From Candidatus Nitrosopumilus koreensis AR1 (lineage in GTDB: Archaea; Thermoproteota; Nitrososphaeria; Nitrososphaerales; Nitrosopumilaceae), in the NCBI RefSeq assembly GCF_000299365.1, contig NC_018655.1:1320001-1352000 (forward strand): a DNA stretch of 32,000 bases, read 5' to 3'. Positions 28,071-32,000 of the stretch are shown one piece after another. A model generated the notes under the pieces. The model did no database searches, had not been told where the DNA came from, and saw only the letters and a program-made list of their open reading frames with translations. The translations under genes and the position numbers were made by a program. Position 1 is the first letter of the stretch; each line of letters begins with the position of its first letter.

Positions 28071-28392
28071 GTAACTTTTTGTAATTAACGTAAAGCAGCG
28101 TAATTTAACGTGAATTACATTAAACCACATTAAATCACATTAAATCACATTAAACTACATTAAACTACTGTAAACTAGTGTAATTCAATCTAATTTAATG
28201 AAATTGAGCGTAAAAATGAGACCAATTTAATCCGTAATCACTGTAAATTACACGTAACTTTCTGTAACTACAGTGTAACTACGGTGAACTTTACGTAATT
28301 TACACTGTGTACTATCGTAGTTTTGCGTAACTTTTTGTAATTAACGTAACTTAGTGTAACTTAGCGTAAATTAGCGTAAGTTATGGTAAGTT
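28071..28392. repeat. ~320-bp degenerate array of ~10-nt units (GTAA/TAAA core)
   Basis: e.g. TAAACCACAT TAAATCACAT TAAATCACAT TAAACTACAT TAAACTACTG TAAACTAGTG; TTAACGTAAC TTAGTGTAAC TTAGCGTAAA TTAGCGTAAG TTATGGTAAG. Confidence 0.85.
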
Positions 28393-28510
28393 ACTCTGAT
28401 ACACTAATTTACGGAAATTAGAGAATAGTGAAGAAAATCACAAAGTTGGGTTTTAGAATAACTTTGATGGTTATTGATTATCTGATTTAATTTTCAACCT
28501 TGTCAAATAT

Positions 28511-28696
28511 GTGCAAAGGCAACACATTGTTGCAGATGGGACAATTTGGTACAAGGTCGCTTGTGATTATTGTCTCGCATTTGTCACAAATTCGCATAGA
28601 AACCAAGTGGCAAAAATTTTGAATTTAAACCAAGAGCAAACATTCCAATTTTGGGAAAATATCCAATCATTTTTGTATGGTTGTAATTGGGTTTGA
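28511..28696 (+). CDS. Small hypothetical protein (GTG start)
   Basis: 61-aa ORF ...VACDYCLAFVTNSHRNQVAKILNLNQEQTFQFWENIQSFLYGCNWV. Confidence 0.4.
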   Translation: MQRQHIVADGTIWYKVACDYCLAFVTNSHRNQVAKILNLNQEQTFQFWENIQSFLYGCNWV

Positions 28697-28708
28697 ATCG
28701 AGAGGGTA

Positions 28709-28867
28709 TTGGCAAAGGTTTGCAGTTACTGTAAAGAAGAATTTGAGGGAGCAGACAGATTTTGTAGTATCAAATGCAAAAAGTCACACATTACGAAACT
28801 TGAAAACAGAATTAAGGAAGCCGTCAAGAATGATCCAAGCCACACCAAAAAAATAAGCGATTCTTGA
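28709..28867 (+). CDS. Small zinc-finger-like protein (TTG start)
   Basis: VCSYCKEEFEGADRFCSIKCKKSHITKLENRIKEAVKNDPSHTKKISDS*; CxxC...CxxxC. Confidence 0.45.
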   Translation: MAKVCSYCKEEFEGADRFCSIKCKKSHITKLENRIKEAVKNDPSHTKKISDS

Positions 28868-29302
28868 TCAACCGAAAGGTAACAAGTAGAAAATCAACCT
28901 ATAAGGTCACAGTACCTAAGAGAAGTATTTGAAAAGGGAAATTTTCTCAACAACGGCATACCGCCGTTAATCCGTTACGGAATTCGATAAAATAGTTATG
29001 AAATTAGCTTTACATTTCAGTGATAAAGTAAACTAAAGATGTACACTGTGCCTGAACAAGCATATTCTTCAAAATCATTACATCTTCCATACAATACATT
29101 ATCATAACTAATATTTCAAGAATCATGTAGTTTTGGAATAGTTCAGGTGTGAACAATAAACATAACATTACAGTGATGAAGTTAAGTTAATTGTGATTTT
29201 ATTTGTCATTTGACGGTTTTCGATAAAACTATGTCCCGACCCTTGACAGGGAGAATTTGTCCCATGGACTTGACAGTACCGTAAAAATAAAATCTTATAT
29301 AG

Positions 29303-29722
29303 ATGGGTACCTTAAAGTACGGTAAGGGAAAAGTAATGCCAAAAGCCGGATTCAAATCAATCACAGTTTCAGAAAGCGTCTATGATAAATTCAATGAGGT
29401 TTATCAAAAGAGCAAAGACGACCTTGCAATGAAAGGCGTCAATAGTTTCTCCGGTTATGTTACTTACATGTTAGAGGAGATGATGCAAAAGGACAAGACC
29501 TTTGCAAGATATGCTCCAAAGATTGAAAAGATTTCAGTCGATGATGATAGAATTATTCTAAAAGACAACATCAAAAACAGAATTGCCGAAGTTGCAGTTC
29601 AGAAAGGAGAGTTGTTCTGCCAGCTCTGTGATGAAAAGGATTGTGTACATGTAGGTTATGTATGGTCCATACCAGAAGTCTACGAAGTCCTTAACGCCAG
29701 AGGAATCAAACATTCAAAATAG
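29303..29722 (+). CDS. Hypothetical protein, possible ribbon-helix-helix-like N-terminus (start may be MPKAGFKS)
   Basis: 139-aa ORF; KSITVSESVYDKFNEVY; CQLCDEKDCVHVGYVW. Confidence 0.65.
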   Translation: MGTLKYGKGKVMPKAGFKSITVSESVYDKFNEVYQKSKDDLAMKGVNSFSGYVTYMLEEMMQKDKTFARYAPKIEKISVDDDRIILKDNIKNRIAEVAVQKGELFCQLCDEKDCVHVGYVWSIPEVYEVLNARGIKHSK

Positions 29723-29727
29723 TTGTA

Positions 29728-29851
29728 TGGAGGAGGTGGGATTTGAACCCACGAACTCCTGAGAGACAGGATCACCCATTATTTGATCTTAAGTCCTGCA
29801 TGTCCAAAAGCACAAGATGCGCTTACTTTGGCCAGGCTTGATTACTCCTCC
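29728..29851 (-). tRNA. tRNA-Leu(TAA) with two introns: 29773-29787 (15 nt, 37/38) and 29802-29825 (24 nt, in D-arm 3' strand)
   Basis: Spliced GGAGGAGTAATCAAGCCTGGCCAAAGATGCAGGACTTAAGATCCTGTCTCTCAGGAGTTCGTGGGTTCAAATCCCACCTCCTCCA; anticodon arm CAGGA-CTTAAGA-TCCTG; bulge-helix-bulge around both introns. Confidence 0.9.
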
Positions 29852-29942
29852 AAAAGGGTAGAAATCTGTGTGAAATTTAACAGTTTAGAGATTTTGTCAA
29901 GATAATGAAGAATTATAAGGATTTTCTACAGGGTGAATTTGT

Positions 29943-30016
29943 GCTTCGATAGCTCAGCCTGGTAGAGCGTTACCTTGGTAAGGTAAAGGTCGCGGGTCCG
30001 GATCCCGTTCGAAGCT
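29943..30016 (+). tRNA. tRNA-Thr(GGT)
   Basis: Acceptor GCTTCGA/TCGAAGC, anticodon arm TTACC-TTGGTAA-GGTAA, discriminator T. Confidence 0.93.
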
Positions 30017-30159
30017 TTTTAATTTCTTCAGAATTAATTTCACAAAAATCACGAAATTACGAAGTTTGTATTTAAGCTCTCACTCAACTAGGAAAAAGTT
30101 AGTTCGAGATCAATTTTTTTTGTGTCCCTAAGTGTTAAAAAATTCTGTGATACTAACTA

Positions 30160-31023
30160 TTGAAACAAGTATACTCCCAAGTATCAAATGTAATCCCAAA
30201 ACCATTTGTAAAGTGGGCCGGTGGAAAACGCCAACTTATTCCAATTCTAAATGAGAATCTGCCAAAATCCTTTGGGACATATTATGAGCCATTTATCGGG
30301 GGAGGGGCATTGTTGTTTCATATCCTCACAGAAAGAGATGCTCAAAAATGCAGCATCTCAGATTTGAACTCTGACCTAGTTTTAGCATACACCACTATTC
30401 GAAACAGAATTGATGAACTCATATCATCTCTAAAAAATCACGAGAGAAATTATCACAAAGATTCAAAATCATACTATTATTCAGTCAGGGAATCAAACCC
30501 AAGAAGTGAGATTGAAAAGACATCAAGACTGCTCTTTTTGAATCGAACCTGTTTTAACGGATTATACAGAGTAAACAGCAAGGGAAAATTCAACGTCCCA
30601 CTTGGCAGATACACAAATCCAAATATCGTAAATGAGGATAACCTCAGAGCAGTTAGTACCATCTTACAATCAAGCAAGGTTGCCATCAAGTGTCGCGATT
30701 TTGAGGCAGTTTTGGGAGATGCCAAAAAAGGCGATTTGGTGTATTTTGATCCACCATACCAACCAGTAAGTGATACTGCCAATTTTACAAGTTACACAAA
30801 CAAGGACTTTACTGACAAGGATCTTAGAAGACTAGCAGAGCTATGCGACAAGCTAGATTCCAAGGGATGCAAAGTTTTACTATCCAATTCAGATTCAAAA
30901 CAAGTTGCAGAAATGTTTTCAGGAAAGTCCTGGAAGACAAGCAAGATTCAGGCAAACCGTTCAATTAATTCAAATTCAAAAAAGAGAACAGGCCACTTTG
31001 AATTACTAATTAAGAATTATTAG
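30160..31023 (+). CDS. DNA adenine methyltransferase, Dam/D12 class
   Basis: PFVKWAGGKRQLIPIL (FxGxG region), YFDPPYQP (DPPY), NRTCFNGLYRVNSKGKFNVP. Confidence 0.92.
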   Translation: MKQVYSQVSNVIPKPFVKWAGGKRQLIPILNENLPKSFGTYYEPFIGGGALLFHILTERDAQKCSISDLNSDLVLAYTTIRNRIDELISSLKNHERNYHKDSKSYYYSVRESNPRSEIEKTSRLLFLNRTCFNGLYRVNSKGKFNVPLGRYTNPNIVNEDNLRAVSTILQSSKVAIKCRDFEAVLGDAKKGDLVYFDPPYQPVSDTANFTSYTNKDFTDKDLRRLAELCDKLDSKGCKVLLSNSDSKQVAEMFSGKSWKTSKIQANRSINSNSKKRTGHFELLIKNY

Positions 31024-31109
31024 ACTGACATTAGTTTGAATTCGACCGGATTCAAGTCTGAAGTTCTAATTTGGTTCCAATATACAATAAAAAATAAAAG
31101 TTGTGAGGA

Positions 31110-31622
31110 TTAGTTTGTATCAAATATGCTTGTAATTCCTAATCCTGATGCACATTCATCTCTTGGACCAATTGTTCCAGTTGCTGCAAATCCTGTCCAC
31201 TCATCATTTTCAACGATTACAAAATGATCCTTTGCTGAAAATTCAAGTGCTGGACTTGTAATGTCTGTAAGACAAAAAGATCCATCAAATGCTGCTTCGT
31301 GTGGATGGTAACCTTGAACTGGGGATGATCTCTCAACTCCAACCTGATGATCATTGAAAGCAGGGTGAATTACTACTGCATTTACTCTTACTGCTTCTGA
31401 TTCAGATTGTGTTGGAATGCTAGTTGCATAGAATACTACTGCATCTGGCATACTCTTTTTGTTGATGTTTTTGACATCATCTGCTACTTCAATGGTTACT
31501 GTATTTCCATCGGTAGTTGCTGAAACTATATCTGTATTAGATCCATTTGCCATAACTGGGACGATTGCCATCGTCAATGCAGCTATTGCAATAATAGTTC
31601 CTGCTAGAAGTGATTTTTTCAT
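31110..31622 (-). CDS. Exported hypothetical protein
   Basis: Signal peptide MKKSLLAGTIIAIAALTMAIVPVMANG; 170 aa. Confidence 0.65.
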   Translation of the reverse strand: MKKSLLAGTIIAIAALTMAIVPVMANGSNTDIVSATTDGNTVTIEVADDVKNINKKSMPDAVVFYATSIPTQSESEAVRVNAVVIHPAFNDHQVGVERSSPVQGYHPHEAAFDGSFCLTDITSPALEFSAKDHFVIVENDEWTGFAATGTIGPRDECASGLGITSIFDTN

Positions 31623-31856
31623 GGTACAGATCCTTGATGATGAATATTTAGTTCTTACTATATGAAATACATAATTAATCTTGATCGGAAAATATGAAAT
31701 AATATAAAAATATTCAAACGTGGCAATGATACTTTATTCTATGCACGATTTTTAATCCTAAATCTGTATTTTTATTGAAATAGATCAAATGGAAGCAGAT
31801 TACACGCTAATGATACTGTAAAAAAATTAAAAAGAAAATGTTGGAAGGTTTCAGTC

Positions 31857-32000
31857 TAAACCCTTCCTCCCAACAGAATTCTGTATTTAGTGATTTCTTT
31901 TTGTCTTTCTTGTTGTTCAGACTTACTAATTGCGGAATCACTGTTTAGTGCATCATTGAATTTTTGAAGTGCCTCGTGTTTTTCAATTAATTCTGCACCC
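31857..32000 (-). CDS. Partial hypothetical protein, C-terminal end
   Basis: Frame open to window edge: GAELIEKHEALQKFNDALNSDSAISKSEQQERQKEITKYRILLGGRV*. Confidence 0.55.

Noticed and set aside
28071-28392. CRISPR array
   Set aside because: Units are only ~10 nt, degenerate, without unique spacers or cas genes.

Overview
This is a thaumarchaeal (Nitrosopumilus-like) chromosomal window, AT-rich, with archaeal tRNA introns and archaeal-type aminoacyl-tRNA synthetases. Core genes include purB (partial), an asparagine-synthase-like protein, a PCD-family pterin dehydratase, a QueD/PTPS-like protein, valS, a PEFG-CTERM-type surface protein, an SNase-Excalibur protein, pdxS-pdxT, aconitase, pheS-pheT, trpS, and a Dam-like adenine methyltransferase. 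Five tRNAs are supported. Two of them (Trp-CCA and Leu-UAA) carry two introns each, one at 37/38 and one at a non-canonical site. Directly after tRNA-Trp is a defence-like cluster: an SRA-like/HNH nuclease, and a translationally coupled pair made of a 'GFEDR' protein plus a P-loop ATPase fused to a C-terminal SIR2 domain. This pair is the best candidate for an undescribed system. The ORF track does not show several further signals: (i) an exact 34-bp loxP inside a 42-bp sequence that I recall as the Roche/454 Titanium mate-pair linker, i.e. an assembly artefact; (ii) three genes broken at A/T homopolymers, consistent with 454 indels, one of which hides an RS/RD-repeat linker protein; (iii) a ~320-bp array of GTAA-containing units at ~10-nt period upstream of a regulator; (iv) a 53-bp exact direct repeat of the valS 3' end flanking a TPR gene; (v) several unannotated micro-ORFs (Cys-rich, Lys/Ala-rich, single-TM).
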